Part shown: one piece after another, positions 51,911-64,000 of the stretch
Layout: each line of letters begins with the position of its first letter
How positions within the stretch are numbered: the stretch's first letter is position 1
Assembly (NCBI GenBank): GCA_013239625.1
Contig: MU053652.1
Location: forward strand, 7,121,902 to 7,185,901
From: Lama guanicoe
Taxonomy: Eukaryota
DNA: 64,000 bases
Reading direction: 5' to 3'
Made by a program: the position numbers and the translations under genes
Notes under the pieces: model-generated
What the model saw: only the letters and a program-made list of their open reading frames with translations
Databases searched by the model: none
What the model was told of the DNA's origin: nothing

Positions 51911-54729
51911 GGATGGTTCCCAACAGCAACAGTCCAACCTCCTGCTCCTTACAACCAATCTTGATCAGAAATAGGACATATGTGAACACCTCTCACTTGT
52001 CCAAGCAACTAATCACATTTTTTAAGCCCCTTCAAAATCAGAACATACTGAAATAGGATGTGGTAAATCATTCAAAGGTAAAACTCTGCAATTTATCTTT
52101 CAAAAGTTATATTTTAGAACAGAATGTTATATATTTTTTCTGGCATTAAGATCTAGAACTTTCCTTATGAATATACTTTTATCCTAAGGAAATCTTGTCA
52201 AAATCTTTGAAAGTTAAACATTAATTCCAAAAGTAAAAATTTGTAACAAATCTGAAGTTCTGCATTCATGGCCGATCTGCCTCCCCACCTTAGGTGCCTT
52301 GGGGGCTCCTCACCTCTCACCAACTCCATTCTGTCTATCCCATTATTGTGGGCTTTGCCTTTATTCCCAATGAGAAACAAAGGACTGCTCTCCCAGTTCT
52401 TGAGATTTAAGTGTAGACCAGAGATAATATCTTGAAACCACACAGACTAGGGAGACTTCTACACCCCCTTTACATTAAGTCAATCCTAGGTGAATATCTG
52501 TATCAACCAAGGACAGTCAAGAATTCTCTAAACACAGAAAAAGAGTGGTTGGGAGATTAATGAAACTCATTCCTCTCTGGACCAAAAAGTTAGCTGTTTT
52601 AGGCGTCATGTCTGCTTATCTTCTTGGTAAATGTCTTTATCCAAATGTACTGAGAGAATTAAGACACATTTGGGAATAAATTCATACCAAATAGGGGAAA
52701 ATTTGATAATGTTTTCAGATATGAATCTCTTTTTATATAGACAGATACATTAATAATTCTGCCAGCACTTGGAAGTAAAATTCCATTCAAAAAATAGGTT
52801 TATACATTCTTAAAAATATCCTATACATAATTGCTCAGTACAGAATGTTTCTTCCATGCCTGCTTTTTTCACTTTTAAAAGAACACCAATTTTCAAAATT
52901 TAATTGGCTACTAAACTGCCATGTCACAGATAATATAGTCACATGTAATTTTTATATATCATATAAAGAAATATTCAGGGTAAATATTTATAATATTAAA
53001 TGCTCAGTGAAAATGTACTAAAATAATTTTAGGTTGTATTCAAAAACATTTCATGTGCCCTATACTGTCTCCTTCATTTAGAAAGTCAAAATGAAATATC
53101 TCTAAATACCCAAAAAAGTTATATAATTAAAAACTCTTTGTTTATGAAATAGTTCATTAATAAAGTGAGTGCAGGCTTTTTTTTTTTTTGCTAGACTATA
53201 TTAGTAAACTGGTATTTACATGTCTGTGTATGTGTACAGAATTTTTTATCTGCCTGGATAAGGAATGCTACTCCTAAATATAGAGCATTCACTATGACAA
53301 ATTATTGATGAAAACAAACAATAAAGCCATTGTTCACTTTTATGGAAAGGTGTTGGGTGGAAATGAAGTTAATTGAATTAAATATGATCTGACAGTTGGA
53401 TGATCATGCTGAACTAATTAATGTAACACTAAATGAAAGGAAGGGATAATGGGGGCCAAGCCAAGATAATCTAATTTTAAACAGACTCTTCTCCTTTTTA
53501 AAGTATGTGAAGGAAATGACAATCTCCACATGAATGTCTCATCTGCCCCATAAATAAAGACACAAAAGAGTAAAAACTTATCACAAACATCAGCGAGATT
53601 GTGGATCACTTAGCATTTCTATTTGAGTAGCCATTTTTTTCCTTATTGTTTGGCCATCTTTTATAAGAGTTATACCGTGTAATACCTTGTCAGTAATGCC
53701 TTGAAACATCATAATTCTGTAATCATTGTTATAACGTGCTGTAGACTTTCATCAGACCAACTGCTGTCAGTGGAAGTTGCTCAGTGCATGCATACGTGAA
53801 TAGATTAACTAATTTAAGATCTAATTCAAATATCATATCTTTGTAAAGTTTTTGATAAACATTTTAGTATAATGATGGCACTTGCTATATACAGTTGTAT
53901 TATTATCTACTTTAATAAATTTATTTGTTCACTTTTGACTTCTAATGAAATATGAGTCCCTTAAAGATTGGGTCATGTATTATTTCTCTTTGGAACTCCC
54001 ACTGAGTATATAGTTTAGTGAATACATGAACATTTTTGAGAAAATATTATTGGGTACCCAGAATCATTTTGACCACATAAGAAAATATAAATTTCACAAG
54101 TTATCAAACATGGAAAGTATACTTCTTTATAATTCACGTAGCAGAGAGGTTTAGACTATTTGCTTATGAAAATGTATTATAATTTAATTACATATATTCT
54201 CTTTACCTGTAAATTCCATACTCTATTTTAACCACTTCCTTAGCTAAAAAATTAGCTGTCACTAAAGGCCAGTGCAAGGCTATGAAACATTTCTGAAGCA
54301 TTCTTTTTAAAAATTGGTAACTGGCTCCGTAACTTCTTTACTTTCTTGAACTTATCAGATGCTATGGTGCCTGAAAATAATTGTGAGTTTGTCTATAATT
54401 CTTAATAAAAATTCCAGGAGTACCAGAGACTTCTTGACAACAGATATTAATTCAAAGGAAAAATCATTTTCCACCATTTTGCTAATTTTCCACTTAATAA
54501 GAGCTCTGTATTTAAGCAGATTAGAAGGAAATACGTAGGCTATAAAAATGTAGAAATTTTCTTTTTTTTAACAATAGAAATAAAGGACTCTGAATAAGGA
54601 CAGTTGCTAATATTTTCCTCCATTGTGGATATTAACTTTTGGTCTTTGCCTAAGCATTTACTTAGATGAAAATTTCAAGAAATGTATGAGATGTATGTGC
54701 TCTAAATTTCTTAAAAGAAGAGTGAGATT

Positions 54730-54832
54730 ATTGAGGAACCAACTATTTGATTTTACCTGAGACTGAATTGCTTCCTGGGATATGGGACTTTCAGTGCTAA
54801 AATCAGGCAAACGAGGTGGTTTTCACCCTATA
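54730..54832. mobile_element. MER94-type hAT-Blackjack MITE
   Basis: GGGATATGGGACTTTCAGTGCTAAAATCAGG...TCACCCTA. Confidence 0.75.
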
Positions 54833-55299
54833 CTGATACAGCGTTATTTTTCTTTTCTGACTTAAATAATGTGCTTGAAAGAGCTTCTAGAATTTTACAA
54901 GGATGCATCTCTAAGGCATAGTTAAAGAGAGGAAGGTAACTCATTTTTTCGTTTGAAAGGTTGACACTTTAATGTTTTATTTTTATCCCAAGATGATGAT
55001 TATTATTTATTTATAATAGTTGTAAGGGTACATGGCGCTTACAAACACATAAAAGACAAAGCTCCTGTGAGGTTTCTCATCTAACTCAATATACAATATA
55101 CCACATACCAGCAAATGGGGAGGTAGAAAAGGGTTAGAAAAATCAATAATGGAAGGCTTCATGGGACAAAAGTGTTCTAAACTTTCAAGGAGAGATGTCA
55201 AGGAATAAAAGGAAGTTTGTTCAAGTAGGGCTAATCTAGTTTCTAACCTTTTGTGTATTATACATGCATAAATAACAGGAAAATGCATTTCTATATCTT

Positions 55300-56780
55300 T
55301 TTTCCTTGTTATATCTTCCTAGTATTTTTTAAATCATTTTACAATAACCTTTTTTAACTTTATTAATATTTTCTTTCTTAAACTGTTCTCCCTGAGAGTT
55401 ACATAGCCACAGCAACTGTGGTTAATATTTGTCAGGTGTATCATTTTCCTTCCTCTTACTTTTAAGTATACTGTGTCACTATATTTTAAATGGGACTTTT
55501 AATAGAGCCTATACTGAAAATTTGTAATCTGATCGTAGAATTTCCATGTTTTAATTGTCAATTTTATTACTGTCTTCTCTACTATTTCTTAGTATTTTAT
55601 TTCTGCCACCTTACTTTGTGTTTTTATGTTCTTTTTTCCTTCTTTACTGTTTTGATTTGGACTAATCAAGCATCTTTATTCCACTTTTCACCTCTAAATT
55701 GTTGGAAATTATTTTTCTCTTATTTTAGGGATTTCCCCTTAAATTTCTAAAATGTGTAGCCTAAGCTGACCAAGTCTAAAATTAATTAATATCTTTATGC
55801 TCCTCATCCAAAATATAAGTAACTTACTTATAACCTACTTTCACATAATTCATGTCTGATATTTTAGTTATGTCTTATTTTTAAACCATAAATGATTAGT
55901 CATTATTTTTTTCTTTCTTGTCTGGACTTCCTTGTTGCCTTTGAGATAGCCACTGCTTTCTAAATATTACTTTTGTGTGGTTAATTTCTCCCTCTCCACC
56001 TCACCCCTACCATTTCTTTCCCAGTAATCTTCTTCCTCCTGGTTGTCTTTAAGATTTTTCTTGTTGTCTCTAGTGTCCAGCAGTTTCAACTAGATATGAT
56101 CAGTATAACTTTATTTTTATTTAACCTGGTTGGAAATTATTTTGCTCCCGGACTATAAAGATTCTTTTTTTCCTCAATCTGGAAAAAAATTAACCACTGT
56201 CATTTCAAATATTGCTCCTATCTTATTTTACTACAATAACTCATAAATATATGTTTAATTTTTTTCTTCTGCCTCCTCTGTGTCTTAGTCTCTCTTTCAT
56301 ATGTTTAATCTTCACATCTCCCAGAACTACATGATGAGAAATTTCACCAGGCAACCAAGTCAACATTCTCTTTTCTCTCTTTATTTAATCTACTTTTTGA
56401 CCTGCTCATGATTCAAGAATCATTTAAAAATCTAGACGTTTTTAAGTGATGATTTTTCAAATCAGCCTGCTCTCTTTTTCATAGTGTCTAATTCTTTTCT
56501 TACTTTTTCTGTTCATATATGGCTAACTATATTCAATATACTTACTTTATGTTTCAAATTGTTTTATTATGCTCTTATGTATTTCAAATATATTTCTTAT
56601 ATTTGCCATGTCTCAGGTAGATCATTTCTTTGTGGGGGTTTTTTTATATATATTTAATTGTAATCTTATCTTCCAAAGCAACTGTTCACTTTGAAAATCT
56701 TTCATGGAGCATAGATTATAGAAATATCTCTTTAGAGTTGTTTTACACTTACTTTTTCCCAAGTATGTCAGAAGTACCCC
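55300..56780 (-). mobile_element. old L1M fragment (ORF1/ORF2 junction region)
   Basis: T-rich strand; CTTTAAGATTTTTCTTG...CAGCAGTTTCAAC...CATTTCAAATATTGCT. Confidence 0.6.
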
Positions 56781-56789
56781 CAGGAACAA

Positions 56790-58640
56790 TTTTTTAAACA
56801 TTTTTATTGAGATACAGTTCACATACTTTAAAATTCACTAATTTAAATTGTACAGTCTAATGACTTTGGTATATTCAGAGTTCTGCAACTATCACTACAG
56901 TGTAAGTTTAGAAAATTTTATCACCCCAAAAAGAAAGCCTGAATCCATTAGAGGTTGCTCCTTAACACTTTCCCTTCCTCAGACAACCACTAATATAGTT
57001 TCTGTCTCTATGGATTTGCCTATTCTAGATTTTTAAAATATAAATGGAATCATACAATATGTGTTTTTTTGGCTTCCTTCATTGAACATAATGTTTTAAA
57101 AGTTTATCTATGTTGTATCATGTATTAATACTTTATTCCTTTTTATTGGCAAATAATATTCCATAGTATAGATATACTGCATGTTGTTTATTCTTTCATC
57201 AGTTGATGGACATTTGAATGTTTTTACTTTTTGACTTTTGTGTAGAATGCTGTTATGAATATTCATGCACAACTATTTTATGGATGTATCTTTGCACTTC
57301 TCTTTGAGTACATACCCAGGATTGGAATTACTGCACCATATGGTAGCCCTGTGTTTAGAATTTAAGGACCTGCCTAACTGTTTTCTACACTGTTTGCAGC
57401 ATTTTACATTCCCAGCAGTGTGTGAGAGTTCCAGTTTCTCCACAGCCTCATCAACATTTGTTTTTATCATTTTTATCATAGCCATTCTATTGAGTGTGAA
57501 GTGGTATCTTATTATAATTTTGATTTTGCATTTTCCTAATAGTTAATGATGTTGAGCTTCTATTTACGTGCTTATTGGAATTTTGTATACCTTTTCTGGA
57601 GGTATGTCTTTTCAAATACTTTCCCCACTTTTAAATTGTGTAATTTGTGCTGCTATTATTAAGTTATGTATTTGTATATTCTGTATACTACTTTTTTATC
57701 AGATAAATTATTTACAAATAATTCATTCAGTGAGTTGTCCTTTCACTTTCTTGATAGTATTATTTTCACCAAAACTTTTTTAAATTTTTATATACCCCCT
57801 TTACCTATTTTTTTTTCTTTGTCACATGTGCTTTTGGTGTCAAATCTAATGAACCATTGCCTAATTCAAGTTTATGAAGGTATACCTCTTTAATCCTATG
57901 TTTTCTTCTAGGAATTTTATAGGTTTAGCTCTTACTTTTAAATTTATCACCGAGTTTGAGTTTATTTCTCTAGGGTTTAAGGAAGGAGGTCCAACTTCAT
58001 TCTTTTGCCTGTGGATATTCAGATTTCCTAAGACAATTTAATGAAAAGACAATCTTTGCTCATTGAATTTTCTTGGCTCCTATGATGGCTAGTTTTATGT
58101 GTTCACTTGGCTGGGCCATGGTACCCAGATATTTGGTCAAACATTATTCTGGATTTTCCTGTGAAGCAGTTTTTTGGATGAGATTAACATTTAAATTGGT
58201 GGATTTTGAGTAAAGCAGATTACTCTCTGTAAGGTAAATTGGCCTCACCCAATCCATTGAAGCCTTAATAGAATAAAGACTGAGTTCCCCCCACAGGAAG
58301 GAGTTCTACCTGAAGACTGCCTTTGGATTCAATCTGCAACTTTTCCCTGGGTCACCAGCCTGTAAACCTACCTTGCAGATTTGGGAACTTGCCAATCTCC
58401 ACGATTATGTGAGTAAATTCCTTAAAACCCCTCTCTCTCTCTTTACAAACACATGCGCACACACGCGCGCACACACACACACACCCCTTATTGGTTCTGT
58501 TTCTCTGGAGAACCCTGACTAATAAGCACCATTGTCAAAAATTAATTGGCTTTAATTGTAAGAGTTTAATTCTGGACTTCCCATTCTATTCCTTCTATTC
58601 CATTTATCTATATGTCTATCCTTATAACCCAAGTACCAGT
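56790..58640 (-). mobile_element. L1MB-type 3' end and ORF2 end, interrupted by an MLT2 LTR
   Basis: TTTTTATTGAGATACAGTTCACATAC...TCTGTCTCTATGGATTTGCCTATTC...CATTTTACATTCCCAGCAGTG...CCAACTTCATTCTTTTGCCTGTGGATATTCAG. Confidence 0.9.
58081..58524 (+). mobile_element. MLT2 (ERVL) solo LTR with internal (CT)n/(CA)n
   Basis: TATGATGGCTAGTTTTATGTGTTCACTTGGCTGGGCCATGG...TTGGTTCTGTTTCTCTGGAGAACCCTGACTAATA; flanks GCTCC/GCACC consistent with a 5-bp TSD. Confidence 0.92.
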
Positions 58641-59639
58641 TTTAAAACTTACACTTCTATTAAAGGATTCACACATACAAGATTCAGATATATAAGTAGT
58701 TTAGGATTAGGCTTCAGAATTACATTCGGCACAGACTTGGCTTGAACTCATGAAGTATTTCTGTTTTCTACCTAGAGAATTAAACAGACACTTGATAACT
58801 TGATTCATATTAGGGCACTGGAAGCATTTTTCAATCTCTTTATCACCAAAGGTGGAAAATCTGAAGACCGCAGATTTGTGCAGGTGACTCAGTTCCAACT
58901 TAATATTTTAATTGTTTCAAAAGTCTCACCTTTTGTCTCTGCGTGGGCATTAAAACTCAAGTCCTTGGGCATTGGAGCCCATCTCCGAATTTGATAATCA
59001 CTTCTTAGTTGTACAGCATCAAAGTGTGTTCTTAATTGTTCTTCCTCTTTATTTTTAATACTGTAAGATTTTCATTTCTTGATTGTTAACACATATAGAG
59101 ACATATGTTTATATACTTATGTCTATATTATGTCCACTTTGAGTTATACTTTATCTATCTTTTTATAGCATTTGGTGGAGGGTAGAGATAATATTTTGCC
59201 CATAATCTTTGCTCGAAGCAGAATTCAAATATATTGATTGTTTTTGTTTGACAACTTCAAAAGTCTTCATAAAAAATTCAAATACAGTGGAAAAAAGTTC
59301 AAATATGGAATATATCCTTCAGTGGAAACAAAAACATGAGTACTCTAAATTCTTCATATGAATACTCTATAGATTCTTTACATATTGAATATACAAAGCT
59401 ATTATCAGGATTAAATGAGATATTCTGAGCAATGATATTAGTAATTAGAATAAGTTAGGAGCCACTCAATAAATGAAATTATGATGTTAATTTTGTTATT
59501 ATTTTTCACTTATACATTGGATTATGCATGTTATATATATACTTAATATTTCTTTTTCTATAGGAAAAAATGCATTCTGAGTTCAAAATAACTAACTTAC
59601 AAGTGGATTTTGAAATAAAAAAGAATTGGTATCTGTCAT

Positions 59640-61630
59640 TCTATACTATATATAAGGCTCTATTTACTTTATGGAAAGAACATTCAGGCAAATATAAAGG
59701 CAGGTTATGTCGTAGTGAAGCTTGCGGTTTCTAAATGTTCTCCCTTTCATTCTGATGAAGCGTTCACGGTGATGCATGATTTGAATAAATGACTTTTAAG
59801 ATCTCAAAAGAACTGTCTCAGAGAAACTTTTAACTATTTTACTATAAGAATAATTAGCTATGGGAATCTTCCCAACTTCAATTATTAATGCATAGAAATG
59901 ATGCAACAAACCACAGTAATCTTGAGAAAATTTACCTTTAATTCTTGAGATAAATCATTCAGCTTTTATTTCTAATAAAAACAGTAAGATAAACACTTGT
60001 TTCCAATATTTTTATTTTAAAGCTCTGATTTATTCACACTGATGATAATGATATTTTCAAAAGTTTATCTATTAAGTATATTTTTAAACTAAAATTTTAA
60101 ATAGTTAAATTTTTTCTTGTCAAAATGTTTTTCTTTCTGGAAAGCTCTTCCTGTGCTGTGTGCTGTCAAATACATTTTGAGAAGCAATAAATCAAGATTT
60201 TTAACACCCAAACTTATTCGTTCCAAATAATTATTTCAAAAAAACATTTACTACAAATCAGAGGTTTTTTTACAAAATGGAGTGATTTCACATAGTCCCA
60301 AAATACCCTCTAGCCATACTGCTTTGACTACCTTCATCTTACCTGGTTAGAGAGCTCACAAGCTGGGTATCTGTATTAAATATCTCTGGGGTTTATTTAG
60401 GAAAGAAGACAACCAAAAGTCAAGGTATACAATGTGCTTAGTTTGTATGAATTTACAGATATGGCCTACTCTATCAATTAGTAACGATTGCTAAGCCACA
60501 CATCTGTCAAATAATAATAGTGCCACAAAATAAATATAAGGGCTTTTCATTAAAGATATATGAGTCAATAGCCTCTCAAGTAGTTATTGATAAATAAAAA
60601 ATGTCATTCTCTAAGAGTGACAGGAAGAAATACCTCACTATTTATCTCAGAACTTTTCTAATAAAGTAAAAGGAAAAGGTATCGCTGCCTGCATTCCTTC
60701 CATTTTAGTGAAAATTTAAAATTCCTGGCCCATCCCAAGAGATGTTTTGAAAATGATGACTTAATTTTCTAGACAAATAGTTAAAAATTAGTCCTAAAAA
60801 ATTCTGAAGTATTTCTGTATCAATTAGCAATACTGCGAGAATAATGTCAAGTACAAATATAATGTATAATTTTTTGTTACTTGTTATATTTAAATTTTCT
60901 ATAAAGATTCTCATTGGTGTTATAGTTTACCTACCAGTTTTTCTGTTCTATATGTTTTCACAGATAAAGATTTTGAAATCAGTATGAGGTAATGGTTGAA
61001 GAATTAGAGTAAATATGGTTCTGTTTTCATTTTCAAGTAGCTTAATTTTTCAGATGATTTACCTGAAATTTTATATAAGCTCTGTGTATAAACAACAGAT
61101 TGTGAGGGTGTACCCTTTTCAATGTAGATTTTGCTGTGTTTTCACAATCTGAGATTCTAGTTACTGGGGAATAAAACAGCTAGTCTCTCTGGTTGCAGAG
61201 ATAGCCTTCATGCTATAAATCAATGCACCATCTTCTTGTAAACTGCTACAAAGCCAGACAGCCTGGAACAATTTAACACCAAGAGAGGTGTGAGTTTCCT
61301 CTATTTATCTTAATAAAGTGTTAACTTCAGAATATTTAAGTGCTTGCAGTTTTCTTCCAAAATGCTCAGATCCAGTTATGGAAACTTAATTAAATCACTT
61401 TTCATTTTTCAGTGACTTTCTTAGGTTCTGCTATTTAACTACTACTATTAAAAAGAAAAAAGTATTTCTCTAGAACTGATGACAATAATTGGTAAAATAA
61501 ATTTCTGAATGTAAACACAGAAATGCTTTTTACCATACTGTCAAAAAGTTTATCAATAATAATAATAACATTGAATTTGTCTGTCATGTAATAAAACTGC
61601 AGTGTTTCTACAGAATTAGACATTGGCATA
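59640..61630 (+). pseudogene. FSIP2-like giant-exon remnant, block 3
   Basis: Collinear anchors: MERTFRQI 59671 and VVVKLAVSKCSP ~59710 (LEKTLNKIEVKLKEPHISP); KTFTTNQRFFY..F.IVP ~60241-60300 (ETFATSKVKSLFY..NFTVP); IYESIASQVV 60556-60585 (ISESIASQIV); DKDFE...SKY ~60963-61017 (DKEID...TKY); FHNL ~61140 (LHNL); KEKVF ~61452 (KEKSF). Confidence 0.8.
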
Positions 61631-61639
61631 GAACAGGTA

Positions 61640-62260
61640 CTGAGCTTGGTTATAAAGCACTGGGTCTGGAGTGAGAATTTTCTGGGTTGTGAAAAATAAA
61701 CAGAAACTTAATTTGAAAAAATCAGGAGACCAGAAGAGGAATCTCTCACATCCTGTGACAATAGATAGCAAAGCTCAACAGGAAGAAGAAAGGCCCCTCT
61801 GCTGGCAAAGACTCAGCCAGTGAGAACTATCACATATCAGCTGGTGAAAAACCAAGGACTCTTTGTTTACTGTAACCTTCCCAAATTCTTTGTCCCGTCT
61901 ATAAAAGAGTGCTTCTTTCCTTGCCTATGGGGGACTTGCAAGTGTTTCACCAAGATTGTTGACTTCAAATTGCAATTCTCTGCTGATTCTAAATAAACTC
62001 ACTTTTGAATAAACTCACTTTTTTTTTTTAAACTGGAGAAATAACTGTCAGTCTACTTGTTTTGGGTCAACAGGGTTGAGATCTTGGCTCTATTTAGTAA
62101 TATTTCTGGGTAAACTATGCAACTACTCTATACCTTAGTTTAATCATCTGTAAATTGAATGATAATGGCATTACCTCTTAGAGCTGTGATAAAGGTTAAC
62201 TGAGTTGTTGTTTCTATTCAGAACAGTGCCTGGCATATATAAATACTTGTTAAATGATCA
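61640..62260 (+). mobile_element. MIR SINE split by an LTR insertion
   Basis: 5' half AAAGCACTGGGTCTGGAGTGAGAATTTCTGGGT, 3' half TGAGATCTTGGCTCTA...CATCTGTAAA...AGAACAGTGCCTGGCATATA. Confidence 0.85.
61688..62072 (+). mobile_element. ERV1-class solo LTR with 4-bp TSD (GGGT)
   Basis: TG...CA termini, TATAAAA (~61899), AATAAA (~61992 and ~62008), GGGT on both flanks (61684-61687, 62073-62076). Confidence 0.9.
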
Positions 62261-62269
62261 ACTGAGGCA

Positions 62270-63430
62270 TTTCTATATTTTTTGCCTTGAAATCTTCATG
62301 CATGGAGGGCTTGAAACAATTTTTTAAATTTACCAAACTATTTGATTCTATAGGAAAATACTTCACCAAAGTTTTTATCTACTCCATGTTAAAATATTTC
62401 GTTGGCCATCTTTGTTTTTAGCTTTTTATATTCTTTTTATGACTCTTTTCTTATATGTTTCTTTTACATTGCTACATACTTTTGAATGTGAGAAGTTCTT
62501 TCTGCTTCCACTTGTTTACAGAATTTAATGTGGGAAGAGACCAGAAGATTACTTCAGGCCAACATGATGAAGATTGTGGTAAACTGCTTTGCTGCACAAA
62601 TGGAATATATATATATATATAGGTTTTTTTTTTTCTCTTCAACCCCCATTCCCTTGCCACTCCATGAGGACTAAGAGGATCAAGAAGGCTGCTTCAGCCC
62701 ACACACTTGGCCTTGATGTCTAACACAAGAGTCAATTTTCCACTTAATGGTTCCAGCCACTTTGGAAACCTGCTGCTCTGACAGATTTGCTCATGATCTG
62801 AAGTGGTTGCTAATCTTTCCCGACTTCTCTCTTAATGTAATCATTTCAACATTTTGTCTCCAATGTGCAATGCATTTGGTATCCTTTACTAATGTTTCAG
62901 AGTTTGGGTTTATTGGTGCTAATATCATCTAAAATAAAATTTCTGTTTCTACTTCTCATTTTTTTTGTTAGAAATTGGCAGAGATTTTGTTTCTTCTCCA
63001 GATTAAAAGTGAATGTCTTTGTTGTGTATTTTTTAAGAGTAAATCTTTTACTATCTATTTAATTTTATCTATAATTATTCATTGATTAATGGTCTCTTTA
63101 TCATGCTAGAACCAATGTGAGCAATTTATATTTCCCTAGAATTATTCATTTCATTTAGCCTTTGAATTTTATTGGTGTAAATTTTTGCAAAGCATTATTT
63201 TATACTCATTTAATATTCTACATCTATAATAGGTCACATTAGTTCTGATGTTTTTATAACATCTTGACTAACTCTAAAGATGTTAATTGTATGCCTTTTA
63301 AAGGATTCTGTTTGGTCTCTAAAATATTCAGATTAATTTCTTGAAAAAGTAGGCTTGGTGACATGTTAATAAAGCATATTTTCCTCGAAATTGTGGTGAT
63401 ATTTTTGCTAGTTCCTCATAATTTTGTTTG
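62270..63430 (-). mobile_element. decayed L1 fragments
   Basis: T-rich strand with TTTCAACATTTTG..., TTTTATTGGTGTAAATT. Confidence 0.4.
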
Positions 63431-64000
63431 ATAACTTGTTTGCCTGGCTGTGGATGTGTATTCTAACATCAGAGCTGGCCTCAGGAGACCGTGGGAGTAA
63501 AATGCTGGTAGACTTTGCCTGAAATTTCTGTCTGATTATGTCTGGTTTCAATGATGCAGGCACTCATCCTCGCCACTCTGCTCTGTGGGCAAATGCAGCT
63601 GATGCCCAGGGAAGGAGAGGACTCCGTGCAGCCATTCCACACGCAGTCCCCCAAATAATCCTTTCTCTGCAGGCCTCCCCAACTGCTTTAATGTGTTGCT
63701 CTGGACTTGAATCATCCTTTGCTTCCATTTCACGTGTGCCCCGCAATCCTCCTCCTAATGTCTTTTGAGCTGTGGTTTACCTGAGTCTCTTTTCTCTGTT
63801 CTCTGTATTTAACAAATTCTTCAACTTACATGACTAATTGATAAAGATATTCTAGTTTTCCATCACCGCTTTGTATTTGTTATGTTGTGAAATGTATGTG
63901 GCCATTTAAAGGTGACTTGGCTTGGAGAGGGTTCTTATGTTTACTTAGCCATCTTCCTCCAGTGTCCTTGCTCAGCATTTCCTATGATTACTGACTTGAA

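Larger units (their letters stand above)
23766..61630 (+). pseudogene. ancient degenerate FSIP2-like (fibrous sheath-interacting protein 2 paralog) gene relic, overall span
   Basis: Many short peptide anchors, across frameshifts and stops, fall in the same order as in human FSIP2 (recalled); see sub-features. No long ORF remains. Confidence 0.7.

Noticed and set aside
63440..63790. GC-richer stretch with three overlapping short ORFs
   Set aside because: No recognisable protein similarity or splice structure; probably an old repeat 5' region.
1..64000. Prokaryote-type systems (CRISPR arrays, operons, defence islands), rRNA genes, and the remaining 60-110 aa ORFs
   Set aside because: The DNA is mammalian; I saw no regularly spaced direct repeats or rRNA, and the short ORFs are low-complexity or TE-derived.

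Overview
AT-rich, repeat-dense mammalian DNA. A tRNA-Ala-derived Vic-1-type SINE at ~24.6 kb points to a camelid genome. I find no intact protein-coding gene; most ORF-track entries are noise or decayed repeat frames. Main non-routine content: (1) a heavily decayed, apparently ancient FSIP2-like gene on the + strand, with candidate small 5' exons at ~23.8-26.9 kb and collinear remnants of the giant coding exon at ~42.2-48.8 kb and ~59.6-61.6 kb, split by old TEs; (2) a processed DRG1 pseudogene (~25.0-26.4 kb) lying between two of those candidate exons, whose 5' end remains a CpG-island-like, promoter-motif-rich patch next to an LTR carrying a SINE; (3) a fragmented, near full-length ORF2 relic of an ancient RTE-X/L4-like LINE on the - strand (~11.4-18.6 kb). 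The rest is L1M, L2, L3/CR1, MIR, MaLR/ERVL/ERV1 LTRs, hAT/Tigger MITEs and microsatellites. All family and protein similarities were judged by eye against remembered sequences and need database confirmation; repeat boundaries are approximate.
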